DNA from: an uncultured Methanosarcinales archaeon
GTDB taxonomy: Archaea > Nanobdellota > Nanobdellia > Woesearchaeales > GW2011-AR15
Reading direction: 5' to 3'
Assembly: GCA_964441565.1 (NCBI GenBank)
Contig: CAYTWW010000010.1
Coordinates: forward strand, 3,637 to 67,636
Length of the DNA: 64,000 nt
Numbering within the stretch: the stretch's first letter is position 1; each line of letters begins with the position of its first letter. Positions 55,523-64,000 of the stretch are shown here, one piece after another. The position numbers were made by a program, and so were the translations under genes. The notes below the pieces were generated by a model, which saw nothing but the letters and a program-made list of their open reading frames with translations, ran no database searches and had not been told where the DNA came from.

Positions 55523-56824
55523 TCAAAGGCTCCTGAAATCCTTGCCTGCATATCTGGAAGAGCTTCCCAGCTCTTCCTCTATCCTGAGAAGCTGGTTATA
55601 CTTGGCAAGCCTCTCTGACCTGCAGGGCGCGCCTGTCTTTATCTGCCCAGTCCTGAGGCCGACGACAAGGTCTGCGATGAAGCTGTCCTCAGTCTCGCCG
55701 CTCCTGTGGCTGACCATGACGCTCCAGCCTGCTGCCTGCGCATCCTTGCATGCCTGGATAGACTCTGTTATCGAGCCTATCTGGTTGACCTTGAGGAGGA
55801 GGGAATTGACCGCTTTCTTCTCGATTGCTGTCCTTATCCTCTTGGGATTCGTGACAAGGAGGTCGTCTCCTACTATCTGAGTCTCCTTCCCGACTGCTGA
55901 AGTGAGCTTCGGATATGTCTCCCAGTCATCCTGGTCGAATGGGTCCTCGATCGAGACCAGGCCGTACTCTTTCGCGAACTGCTTGTATAGCTCGATCATC
56001 TCATCGCCGGTCTTCCATAGGGTTGGGTCGCTCTCAGGGTCCTTGAAGTCAAGATCATATTTTCCATCCTTGTAGAACTCAGATGCAGCGACATCCATTC
56101 CGATCCTGACCTTCCCTGTGTAGCCTGCCTTCTCGATAGCTGCTTTGAGCAGCTCCAGTCCTTCCTTATTGTCCTGGATATTCGGCGCGAATCCTCCCTC
56201 GTCGCCGACATTCACAGCATCCTGGCCATACTTCTCTTTTATGACTTTCTTGAGATTATGATATACCTCTGCTCCCATCCTGAGAGCCTCAGAGAAGCAG
56301 CTTGCTCCCACAGGGAGGATCATGAATTCCTGCATCGCGAGCTTGTTGCCTGCATGGCTTCCGCCATTGATGACATTGAATGAAGGCACTGGCAGAACCA
56401 TCTCTTTCACTCCTGCGAGATCTGCGATATGCTTGTATAGAGGGACTTTCTTGGCTGCTGCGCCTGCCCTGCATGCTGCCATCGAGACAGCGAGGATAGC
56501 GTTCGCACCGAGCTTGCTCTTGTTCTCTGTCCCATCCAGGTCCAGCATCTTCCTGTCGATATCAACCTGCCTGGCAGGGTCCATCCCCATGACAGCAGGT
56601 GCGATGAGCTTATTGACATTCTCGACAGCCTTCAGCACGCTCTTCCCCAGATACCTGGACTTGTCTCCATCACGAAGCTCAAGCGCCTCGTGGACTCCGG
56701 TGGATGCGCCGCTTGGGACAGCAGCCCTGAAGACGCCATCTTCTGTGTGCACATCAGCTTCGACAGTCGGGTTGCCCCGGGAATCAAGAATCTCTCTTGC
56801 ATGGACTTTCAGTATCTTTGCCAT
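55523..56824 (-). CDS. eno: enolase (start at Met of [20 protein letters not shown])
   Basis: [18 protein letters not shown] and the active-site blocks. TTTTTATT lies about 25 nt upstream of this ATG, suggesting a TATA box and a leaderless mRNA. Confidence 0.9.
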   Translation of the reverse strand: MAKILKVHAREILDSRGNPTVEADVHTEDGVFRAAVPSGASTGVHEALELRDGDKSRYLGKSVLKAVENVNKLIAPAVMGMDPARQVDIDRKMLDLDGTENKSKLGANAILAVSMAACRAGAAAKKVPLYKHIADLAGVKEMVLPVPSFNVINGGSHAGNKLAMQEFMILPVGASCFSEALRMGAEVYHNLKKVIKEKYGQDAVNVGDEGGFAPNIQDNKEGLELLKAAIEKAGYTGKVRIGMDVAASEFYKDGKYDLDFKDPESDPTLWKTGDEMIELYKQFAKEYGLVSIEDPFDQDDWETYPKLTSAVGKETQIVGDDLLVTNPKRIRTAIEKKAVNSLLLKVNQIGSITESIQACKDAQAAGWSVMVSHRSGETEDSFIADLVVGLRTGQIKTGAPCRSERLAKYNQLLRIEEELGSSSRYAGKDFRSL

Positions 56825-56989
56825 CCCACAAAAGAACGGCAGGTCCAATAAAAATATTGCTATACTTAAGATGAAAGCTTCATTATAGTGAAGATGAAGC
56901 CCTAATATCTTCTTATTAAAGCCAGGTAGTTACCACTATCAAGTAATTTATACTCCAAAATTATTTAAATAAGATATTACTCCTGCTTA

Positions 56990-58003
56990 GTGATAATGGT
57001 TGGGCAATTCGAATTCAAGGAAGCTGAGTCAATATTGGCTGCAGAGGAAGCAAGATTGTATACTGACCTACTTGGTAGAATCAGCGATACTCCGGCCTCT
57101 GAGAAAGCGGGTATTGAGCTGATATGCACAGGAAATGCCGGCGGCGTGGACAATGTCGTCAAGGCAAAGCCTTGCGGTGCCTTCAGAATCCATCACGGCT
57201 CTCACAACATCCAGATTGATCCCGGACAGGGCACCCTTAGGCTGCTGAAAGACCTGGGAATCGATGCTTATTCAACTACTGACATCATAGTGACACATGC
57301 ACATAATGATCATTCCCAGGATCTGGCAGGGTTGGTTGGAGCAGTATCGCAGATAGGCTTGACTCAGAGACCATATCGTATTGTAGTCAATCCGACGCTC
57401 GTCTCCTATGCCAATACTGAACTAGTCAGGCATGGTTTTGTCCTCCCTTCATTCTCATGGCAAGGAGGGCACGTGGATGTCCTATGGCATGAGACTATGG
57501 ACATAACCCGATATGATGGCAAGCAGATCCAGACCGTGCCAGAAACACAGATAGGAGACATGACCATCCATCCTACCAGATGTATCCACGGGGAACCCTA
57601 CACAATCGGACTGATCATTGATTCACCGCTTGGAAGGATCGGTTACACAAGCGATACAGAATACTTTCCAGGTATCGAAAAGCAATTCGAAGGCTGTGAT
57701 GTCCTATGGGCAAACCTGAATACAATCAACCTAGGATCATTCCAGGGTGAGCAGGCAGGACATGTCAGGAATCACCTGGGATATAAAGGCCTTTGCCAGC
57801 TGATCGAAGCGGTCAGGCCAGGCAATGTGTTCGTGTCTCATTTCGGATCACAGATACTCAGCAGGAGAACACAGATAGAAGAGCTCCTGCGTGATAGGTT
57901 CGCGAGCAGCCATATGAATATCTACTGCCCAGACAACGGAGAGGCATTCACATTCGACAGCATGGCAGGCAGGCCGACAGTAAAGAATTATCTAAGCGGA
58001 TGA
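56990..58003 (+). CDS. metallo-beta-lactamase-fold hydrolase
   Basis: VTHAHNDHSQD (the HxHxDH motif). It overlaps the next gene by 4 nt. Confidence 0.7.
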   Translation: MIMVGQFEFKEAESILAAEEARLYTDLLGRISDTPASEKAGIELICTGNAGGVDNVVKAKPCGAFRIHHGSHNIQIDPGQGTLRLLKDLGIDAYSTTDIIVTHAHNDHSQDLAGLVGAVSQIGLTQRPYRIVVNPTLVSYANTELVRHGFVLPSFSWQGGHVDVLWHETMDITRYDGKQIQTVPETQIGDMTIHPTRCIHGEPYTIGLIIDSPLGRIGYTSDTEYFPGIEKQFEGCDVLWANLNTINLGSFQGEQAGHVRNHLGYKGLCQLIEAVRPGNVFVSHFGSQILSRRTQIEELLRDRFASSHMNIYCPDNGEAFTFDSMAGRPTVKNYLSG

Positions 58004-58734
58004 AAGCAGCAATACTTGCAGGTGGAAAGGGTACACGTCTGAGAGAGATAACAAAAGATCAATATCCTAAGCCGATGGTCCCGATAATGCTTTACGGACA
58101 GGAGTATCCTATGCTTGAGTTCATCCTGGAGAACTATGTATCACAGGGGATAAGGGATTTCATCCTTCTCACAGGTTACAAAGGGCAGGTAATCGTAGAC
58201 CACTTCGGTGATGGTTCCAGGTATGGTGTCAATATCTCGTACAGCGATGGAGGGGAGGAGATGAATACTGCCGCAAGGCTCAGGCTTGCATCAGCATCGC
58301 TCTCTGGCGAACCATTCATCGTGAGCTGCGGAGATGTCTACCTTCCTGTAAAGCTTGATGATATGATTGATAGCTTCCCTGGATCTTCCTTGGTCCATCT
58401 AGCCACATATCCTGCACAGCTGGATGATACTATCCCAAATGTCGCGTGGGATGAAGATGGATTCGTGGTTGCGTATTCAAGAGGAGGCATCAGAGGACAA
58501 CGGACAGGTATAGAAGCCGGTGTCCTTATGTTCAAGCCTGAAGCATTGGACAGGATACCGCAAGGAATAGATGCATCGATAACAGAACTACTCTATGGCC
58601 AACTGATCCAGACCAGGCAGATCACATGCCACCCGACCGATGTAAGGTTCTACGATGTGGGGACTCCACAAAGACTGAGCAACTTCAGTGCTTATGCACA
58701 ACAAGAGCATATACGACCGTTGAGCCTGAGATAA
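58000..58734 (+). CDS. sugar-1-phosphate nucleotidyltransferase
   Basis: MKAAILAGGKGTRLREIT is the NTP_transferase signature loop. Confidence 0.75.
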   Translation: MKAAILAGGKGTRLREITKDQYPKPMVPIMLYGQEYPMLEFILENYVSQGIRDFILLTGYKGQVIVDHFGDGSRYGVNISYSDGGEEMNTAARLRLASASLSGEPFIVSCGDVYLPVKLDDMIDSFPGSSLVHLATYPAQLDDTIPNVAWDEDGFVVAYSRGGIRGQRTGIEAGVLMFKPEALDRIPQGIDASITELLYGQLIQTRQITCHPTDVRFYDVGTPQRLSNFSAYAQQEHIRPLSLR

Positions 58735-58735
58735 T

Positions 58736-60607
58736 ATGAAGAAAAGAATTTCAAGGAGGGACTTTCTGAAACTATCTGCATTGGGCCTTGGAAGTCTTGG
58801 CAGTCTTCTTTTGTTTCCCGGCTCTTCGAATGCCCAGAATTCATATCCGACACTCCCTCTTGACTTTGAACCCAGGAGAAGAGCCGGTCATATCAGCAGC
58901 GTGGCTGACGGTCAGAAGTTCTATTCTCATGCCAGCATGGACCTCGACAACATCCTTGTCGACAGACCAGGCCATACTGAGGGAAACCGACTCCTGATCG
59001 TGTATTCCAGGGGAGACCATGATGCTCAGAATGCGGAAGGCTTGGCACGGTTCATGGAATCGCATTTCGGGTTCCGGACAACAATCAAAGAGATGAGCGA
59101 GTATAAGCCCAGGATCGATGAATACATCAATGATGGCATAGTCTATCTGGGCGAAGATTACAATGTTCCTCCCACCCAAGGCTTCCTGGAAGATATCGTC
59201 AACACCACGAAACCAGTATTGTGGACAAACTATCATGGCTGGCTCCTGCCTGAGGACTTCCAGAGCGATAGAGGCATTGATATCCAACCTCTCCACAACC
59301 CGGAATTCTCCATAGCAGACTTCCTTGGGCCAAGAAGACTCTCTTTCACTGACACTGTCCAGATTGACGGAGATGATGTGCTGTATGAGCTTGTCAGGCC
59401 AAGAGATGGTGAACGTGTCCCTGGTGCCGTAAAAGCAGGCAACCTCTGCTATCTGGGCTATTCACCTACATTCAATCCTAAGAACGAGGATTTCCTCCCC
59501 TTCATGGCTGCTCTGCAATCTACTTTTGGAGCAGGGAGGCCTGCGAAGGTGCCTGAGGCATTGACATATGAGCAGAGGTTGGAGCAGGCCAGGAAGGATC
59601 CGCTGAATGGAGGCATCATCGTCCCTCTGTATGTCAGCGATTCCTCCAATGGCAGGATCGGATATGACTCTGATAAGATACATGAGAACCTTATCAGGAT
59701 CAAGGAATCTGGAGCTGACTATGTCTCACTTATCTACATGTTCTACCAGCAGAGGAACGATTCGTCTGAGGTCTTTGCTGATCCGGTGAGGACACCAACG
59801 CTTGAAAGCATCAGGAACTTCATACAGGATGCCCATGATGTCGGGTTAAGAGTGCAGCTGAAGGCCAACCTGAATGTGGTGCCGGAAAACCGTAAAACAG
59901 GAGAGTGGAGCGGGACCATCTACCCAAAGGATCCAGTGAGCTGGTGGGAATCCTACACAAAGATCATCGATCAGCTCGCGACTGTCGCCAGGGAAGAAGA
60001 AGTGGAAGCACTTGGGCTTGGGCTTGAGCTGACAAGGATGGAAGGAATCACAAATTCCTGGTATCCCGAGTATAATTCAGATCCTTGGAATGCTGACCAA
60101 TGGAGGATGCTCATCAAGCGTGTGAAGGAATCAGGATATACGGGTCTCGTAGGTTATCAAGCGAACTTCGATGTGTTCGAGCTGGTGCCTTGGGCCAATG
60201 AGCTTGACCACTATGGAATCGCCGCATATTTCCCTCTGGCAGAGAAGACAGGACAACCTGTCTCGATACTCAGGAAGGGGTGGGAGGAACCGACAAGGAG
60301 GATGAAAGCCTGGGCTCAGGCGAACCCGGATGTCCCATTCGAGATATTCGAGATAGGATATGCAAGCCAGCCAAATGCGAGCGTATACCCATACCAGTGG
60401 AGTCCTTATCTGGACGCCAAATTGGATCTTGAAGAACAAAGAAGGTGCTTCGAGGCACTAAGAGATGCAGTCAGGGATGTGCCAGAGATAAGAGGAGTAT
60501 ATTATTTCGCCAGCCTCCCGAATGAGCCGGATCCGCTTGACAGGCGTTACATCATATTCGGGAAACCTGCTCAGCAGCATATGGAAGAGGTGTTCGATCT
60601 GCGATGA
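58736..60607 (+). CDS. Tat-secreted two-domain protein: N-domain shared with next gene + C-terminal TIM-barrel glycoside-hydrolase-like domain
   Basis: RRDFLKLSALGLGSL twin-arginine signal. The C-terminal region (ESGADYVSLIYMF...GLRVQLKANL...GLGLELTRMEG) has the alternating pattern of GH-like TIM barrels. The N-terminal ~250 aa are paralogous to the N-terminus of 60604..62274. Confidence 0.55.
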   Translation: MKKRISRRDFLKLSALGLGSLGSLLLFPGSSNAQNSYPTLPLDFEPRRRAGHISSVADGQKFYSHASMDLDNILVDRPGHTEGNRLLIVYSRGDHDAQNAEGLARFMESHFGFRTTIKEMSEYKPRIDEYINDGIVYLGEDYNVPPTQGFLEDIVNTTKPVLWTNYHGWLLPEDFQSDRGIDIQPLHNPEFSIADFLGPRRLSFTDTVQIDGDDVLYELVRPRDGERVPGAVKAGNLCYLGYSPTFNPKNEDFLPFMAALQSTFGAGRPAKVPEALTYEQRLEQARKDPLNGGIIVPLYVSDSSNGRIGYDSDKIHENLIRIKESGADYVSLIYMFYQQRNDSSEVFADPVRTPTLESIRNFIQDAHDVGLRVQLKANLNVVPENRKTGEWSGTIYPKDPVSWWESYTKIIDQLATVAREEEVEALGLGLELTRMEGITNSWYPEYNSDPWNADQWRMLIKRVKESGYTGLVGYQANFDVFELVPWANELDHYGIAAYFPLAEKTGQPVSILRKGWEEPTRRMKAWAQANPDVPFEIFEIGYASQPNASVYPYQWSPYLDAKLDLEEQRRCFEALRDAVRDVPEIRGVYYFASLPNEPDPLDRRYIIFGKPAQQHMEEVFDLR

Positions 60608-62274
60608 CACTCAAAGACAGGCTTGAAAAGCTGGACAGCAAGTGGCGACGGACACCAGCAGATGTCGCTGCAGAAAGGCTCCCCGTGCTTGTCGGACTGT
60701 GCTTGGCGGTCTACGGGCTCTATAGATCACTGCAAAGGAATATCGCGGGGGAGATGGTCACAAATGTTCTGAGGGAGTATTCGAGACCTGTGGTATTGGA
60801 TCCTGAGGTATCTGCGAGCATCCCGGGCAACACATACTATGATCCTGGCCTGGAATATGTCATCAAGCATCCTGCTCCCTCCGAAAAGAAAGTAATGGTC
60901 TTATCGACAGGAGGCAGCGAGACGCAGATCAAGGAGAGAATGGCATTAGCTGAGATGATCTCGTCATATTTCGGGACAGATGTATTCCCCATGGATTATC
61001 ATGACCTTGAGCTTGGACAGGTCAATGGAGCAGACATGATAGTGGTGTTGGGGAATGCGGACCCTGAACCCGATGCATCATTGCATAGGCTTATCGAACA
61101 GGCATATACATCAGGGAAGCCAGTCTGCTGGATGGGATTCGGCATTGATAAGCTGCCTGGTGTGGGAAAAGGGAAGGACTTCGGCATAGATGATGTGCCT
61201 GTCATGAAGTATAATGGTGTTGACATACCTCTGGATTTCTCTGGAGCAATACCTGTGGAGATCAAGTCGAGCTTCAGGGTCATGTCCGATTATGAAGTGA
61301 AAGGCATAGGAAGATTCCCTGCTATCTTCAGGGAAGGGCATAACACATATATCAGCTTCAATCCGATGGCAAACCTAAGCTATTCATATGCACAGCCTGC
61401 TCTATTAGACATCCTCTCCTCTGATATCGGTGGGCATGAAACCGCACCAAGAGCCATCATGAGGCTGGAGGATATAAACTCCAGAGTATACGATGGTCGT
61501 GGACTGGCTTTCACAGAGACGGTCGCATACCTTCTCTCAGAGGGCATACCACTCCATCTCGGACTCATACCTCTTTTCAAGGAGAACAACTTCTACCATA
61601 GCATCTGGGATCTCAAGCCTCTTGCTGATGTGCTGGCAGCTTCCCCAGAGTCATTCATGATAGTGCAACATGGTGCACAACATCACAGAGAAGACCCCAG
61701 GAACCGGGATCTAGTCTCCGGAGAGGCCACTGAATTCTTCTTCGATGATGATGAGAAGATGGGCCCGGACAATTCAAGAAGATTTGCCCAACGAAGACTT
61801 GTAGAGGGATACAACATCCTTGCTGAAGGCGGTCTTTTTCCACAGGCATTCGAAGCACCTCATTATGAGATCTCCCCTCTCCAACAGGAAGTAGCTGAGA
61901 CACTCTTCCCTATTATGTCCCACCCATACATGGCAGGTATTAAAGATCCTTTCCTGCATCCGCTACTATTGAACCATGAAGGGACAATATACTGCCCGAA
62001 CGAAGTCGGCTATGTCAGCGGAGATGACCCAAGCTCAGTCGATCGGATGCTCAAGACTGCTGAGGACCTGACACATATCATGCCTGATCCTCTAGTGACT
62101 GTGATGTATCACCCTTTCATGACCAAGAAGGCAGGAAGAGAGAAGGATATTGTCAGAGTCATCGATGGATTCAAGGAAATGGGGTACTCATTCCATCATC
62201 TGATGGACCTCTTGGAGCCTTATCATCCAGGAAATGGCACAGTCATCCCCCAGGCGAAGGAGAGTGTACGTTGA
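60604..62274 (+). CDS. membrane-anchored DUF2334-like putative polysaccharide deacetylase with paralogous N-domain
   Basis: TM anchor LPVLVGLCLAVYGLY. C-terminal RAIMRLEDINSR...IVQHGAQHH...FFFDDDE resembles the DUF2334 / polysaccharide-deacetylase-like family. It overlaps both neighbours by 1-4 nt. Confidence 0.5.
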   Translation: MTLKDRLEKLDSKWRRTPADVAAERLPVLVGLCLAVYGLYRSLQRNIAGEMVTNVLREYSRPVVLDPEVSASIPGNTYYDPGLEYVIKHPAPSEKKVMVLSTGGSETQIKERMALAEMISSYFGTDVFPMDYHDLELGQVNGADMIVVLGNADPEPDASLHRLIEQAYTSGKPVCWMGFGIDKLPGVGKGKDFGIDDVPVMKYNGVDIPLDFSGAIPVEIKSSFRVMSDYEVKGIGRFPAIFREGHNTYISFNPMANLSYSYAQPALLDILSSDIGGHETAPRAIMRLEDINSRVYDGRGLAFTETVAYLLSEGIPLHLGLIPLFKENNFYHSIWDLKPLADVLAASPESFMIVQHGAQHHREDPRNRDLVSGEATEFFFDDDEKMGPDNSRRFAQRRLVEGYNILAEGGLFPQAFEAPHYEISPLQQEVAETLFPIMSHPYMAGIKDPFLHPLLLNHEGTIYCPNEVGYVSGDDPSSVDRMLKTAEDLTHIMPDPLVTVMYHPFMTKKAGREKDIVRVIDGFKEMGYSFHHLMDLLEPYHPGNGTVIPQAKESVR

Positions 62275-64000
62275 TGGATGCCAACACTGCGCTTTATGCG
62301 TGCCTTGTGGGGTGGTTTGCTTATACTTCCACCAATGTATTAGGACAGATATGCAGATTCCAGAACTTCGAAAAAAGGTATGGACATCGTGAGAACATCA
62401 CCTTGAATGATCTCATCACACAGGCAGAGGAATCAGGCGAAGATCTGCCCTCATTCAACATATATGTCCCTGCATTCAAGGAATATGAGGTCATAGAAGA
62501 GACCATCCGAAACCTTGTGAGATCAAATTATCCCAAATCGCATTTCACAGTGAACATCATCTCCTATGCAGATGATCTGGAGCCTTCTCCGCAGGAGAAT
62601 ACGACGAGCGTGGTGAGGAAGACAGCGGAAGAACTCAACTCAGCATACGGGCTTGACATCGTAAGGAGCATAGAGGTGCCTGCAGGCTATGATGGTTTCT
62701 TCCCCGGAAGTCTTGACTCTGAAGAACCACACATCGGAAAACCACGTGGCCTGAACTATGCAATCAGGAAGACGCATGAGAACAATGAACGTGATGAGAG
62801 GATGTTCTTCCTAGGCTCGATGTATCGCTCAGGCGAGATGGCCAGCATCGATGACAAGATAAGCAGGATGTCTGACCGGGTGCAGGGATCCCTGCCGATA
62901 GATGCCTTTGTCCAAGCATATTTCTGTCCAGACTCCCCGCAATATCTAAGCTCGCTGGCTTCAAGCAAGCAGCTTGAAAGACTTGCAGCCCTGGCAAACA
63001 CGATACCTGATGTAAGAAGCCGGGCAGACCTCATAATGTACATCAAGTCCCAAGCTCCCAGGTTCTTCTATGATGCTGAATCAGCAGCGGTACACGTAGT
63101 CCTCAAGAAGATGGAGGGCAAGCAGTTCCTGACGGATGTGATGCTTGATGTGGAGGATATGGATCCTGAGGGCCTCATGAGCTTCTATGAGGATAAGGTG
63201 GGAAGGTTGACCCAGGACCGACCAATACTCTCTGCAAAGTTGGCATCAGCAAAATCAGCAGAGGAGATCTATCAGCTCAGCAAGCAGATCAACTCCAGAT
63301 GGATGATAGTCTATGATGCTGACGCTGATGCTCCAAGGGATGTGATGAGATATCTGGCCGCAAGGATCCTGACTGACCCAGAGGCCTTGGCATTCCAGGG
63401 TCCGGTGGCTCCTGTTGGCAATCTAGATGATGTCACTCATCTGCCAAGGATGGCAGGGTATCAGATGGCATTCTATCATTTCGCATTATATCCTTCCTTG
63501 CTCCTGAACAAGAGGCTTGCGCATCCACTTGCCGGCACGAACTGGTGCCTGAGGATGGAAGGCATTGATGAATATGGGAGGATAAGGACCGGAGGAACAT
63601 ATGATGAAGCAAAAAGGACATTCCTCGCATCTTTCAACCCTCTGTCATTGACAGAAGACCTGGAACTTGGATTGAGGCTATTCGATGATTTCGGCATAAA
63701 TGCAGAATGGCACCCTTATGTAGAGATAGAGCAGGTTCCTCCAGACAGGCAGGCGCTGCTGAAGCAGAGGACAAGATGGGCTGAAGGAACGATTGCGCTA
63801 TTGAAATATATCTGGAACAGCGATATCCCACTTGACCAGAAGCTCTATTATATGGCATATCCTGCTAAAGCTGTCGTCTCAGCTGCAACTCCAGCCGCCT
63901 GCCTGATGTATCTAGGTGCATATGCGGCAGGAATCACTGAACCCCAGATGGTATTCGGAGATATTCCTTTATACATCGCAGCCGCAAACCTATGCACGCC
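62274..64000 (+). CDS. processive family-2 glycosyltransferase (cellulose/PNAG/chitin-synthase-like), partial: runs off the window end
   Basis: Hand translation from ATG 62274. NIYVPAFKEYEV...ISYADD (domain A). IVYDADADAP (DxD). TEDLELGLRL (TED). LKQRTRWAEG (the QxxRW processivity motif, in frame at 63765). Not in the ORF track because no stop is reached. Confidence 0.7.
   Translation, partial: MDANTALYACLVGWFAYTSTNVLGQICRFQNFEKRYGHRENITLNDLITQAEESGEDLPSFNIYVPAFKEYEVIEETIRNLVRSNYPKSHFTVNIISYADDLEPSPQENTTSVVRKTAEELNSAYGLDIVRSIEVPAGYDGFFPGSLDSEEPHIGKPRGLNYAIRKTHENNERDERMFFLGSMYRSGEMASIDDKISRMSDRVQGSLPIDAFVQAYFCPDSPQYLSSLASSKQLERLAALANTIPDVRSRADLIMYIKSQAPRFFYDAESAAVHVVLKKMEGKQFLTDVMLDVEDMDPEGLMSFYEDKVGRLTQDRPILSAKLASAKSAEEIYQLSKQINSRWMIVYDADADAPRDVMRYLAARILTDPEALAFQGPVAPVGNLDDVTHLPRMAGYQMAFYHFALYPSLLLNKRLAHPLAGTNWCLRMEGIDEYGRIRTGGTYDEAKRTFLASFNPLSLTEDLELGLRLFDDFGINAEWHPYVEIEQVPPDRQALLKQRTRWAEGTIALLKYIWNSDIPLDQKLYYMAYPAKAVVSAATPAACLMYLGAYAAGITEPQMVFGDIPLYIAAANLCT

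Overview
This is a 64-kb window of an archaeal chromosome with about 52% GC. It carries the exosome/proteasome superoperon (rpoK, rrp42, rrp41, rrp4, SBDS, psmA, Pop5), TFE, Orc1/Cdc6, archaeal-type ProRS and ScpA. Housekeeping genes make up most of the rest: IleRS, ProRS-ProC, a bacterial-type MetK, enolase, RtcA, PRPP synthetase-like, NAD kinase, PurC, MTHFS, PMM/PGM, CorA, and a PAS histidine kinase with its response regulator. Three accessory blocks stand out. (1) 2.4-10.5 kb: a six-gene, translationally coupled minus-strand operon of membrane-anchored or secreted Cys-rich proteins. Several have pilin-like (class III) signal peptides. One is a 920-aa fusion of a GH19-like lysozyme, an NlpC/P60 peptidase and a C39-like peptidase, and another fuses vWA and SGNH domains. 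This may be an undescribed surface-displayed cell-wall-degrading or adhesion system. (2) 57-64 kb: an exopolysaccharide locus resembling PNAG/cellulose-type systems. It contains an MBL-fold protein, a sugar-1-P nucleotidyltransferase, a Tat-secreted GH-like protein, a DUF2334-like deacetylase and a processive QxxRW GT2 synthase that runs off the window. (3) 34.1-35.8 kb: an RNA-rich region. It holds an intron-containing tRNA-Glu(UUC) and a 17-nt duplication of that tRNA's 3' end. It also holds an unannotated rpl41e micro-ORF and a 580-bp ORF-free repeat-bearing segment that may be a structured ncRNA. An ORB-like TCCAGTGGAAA-GGGGGG motif sits in an AT-rich intergenic region in the same area. 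Further observations: two AT-rich (33-35% GC) islands that look laterally acquired, one of which interrupts the superoperon. There is an ORB-like inverted pair upstream of cdc6, an 836-aa coiled-coil protein, a YbaK-ProRS fusion, and CorA coupled to a His/Gln-rich zinc-ribbon membrane protein. No CRISPR array, rRNA or obvious transposase was seen.
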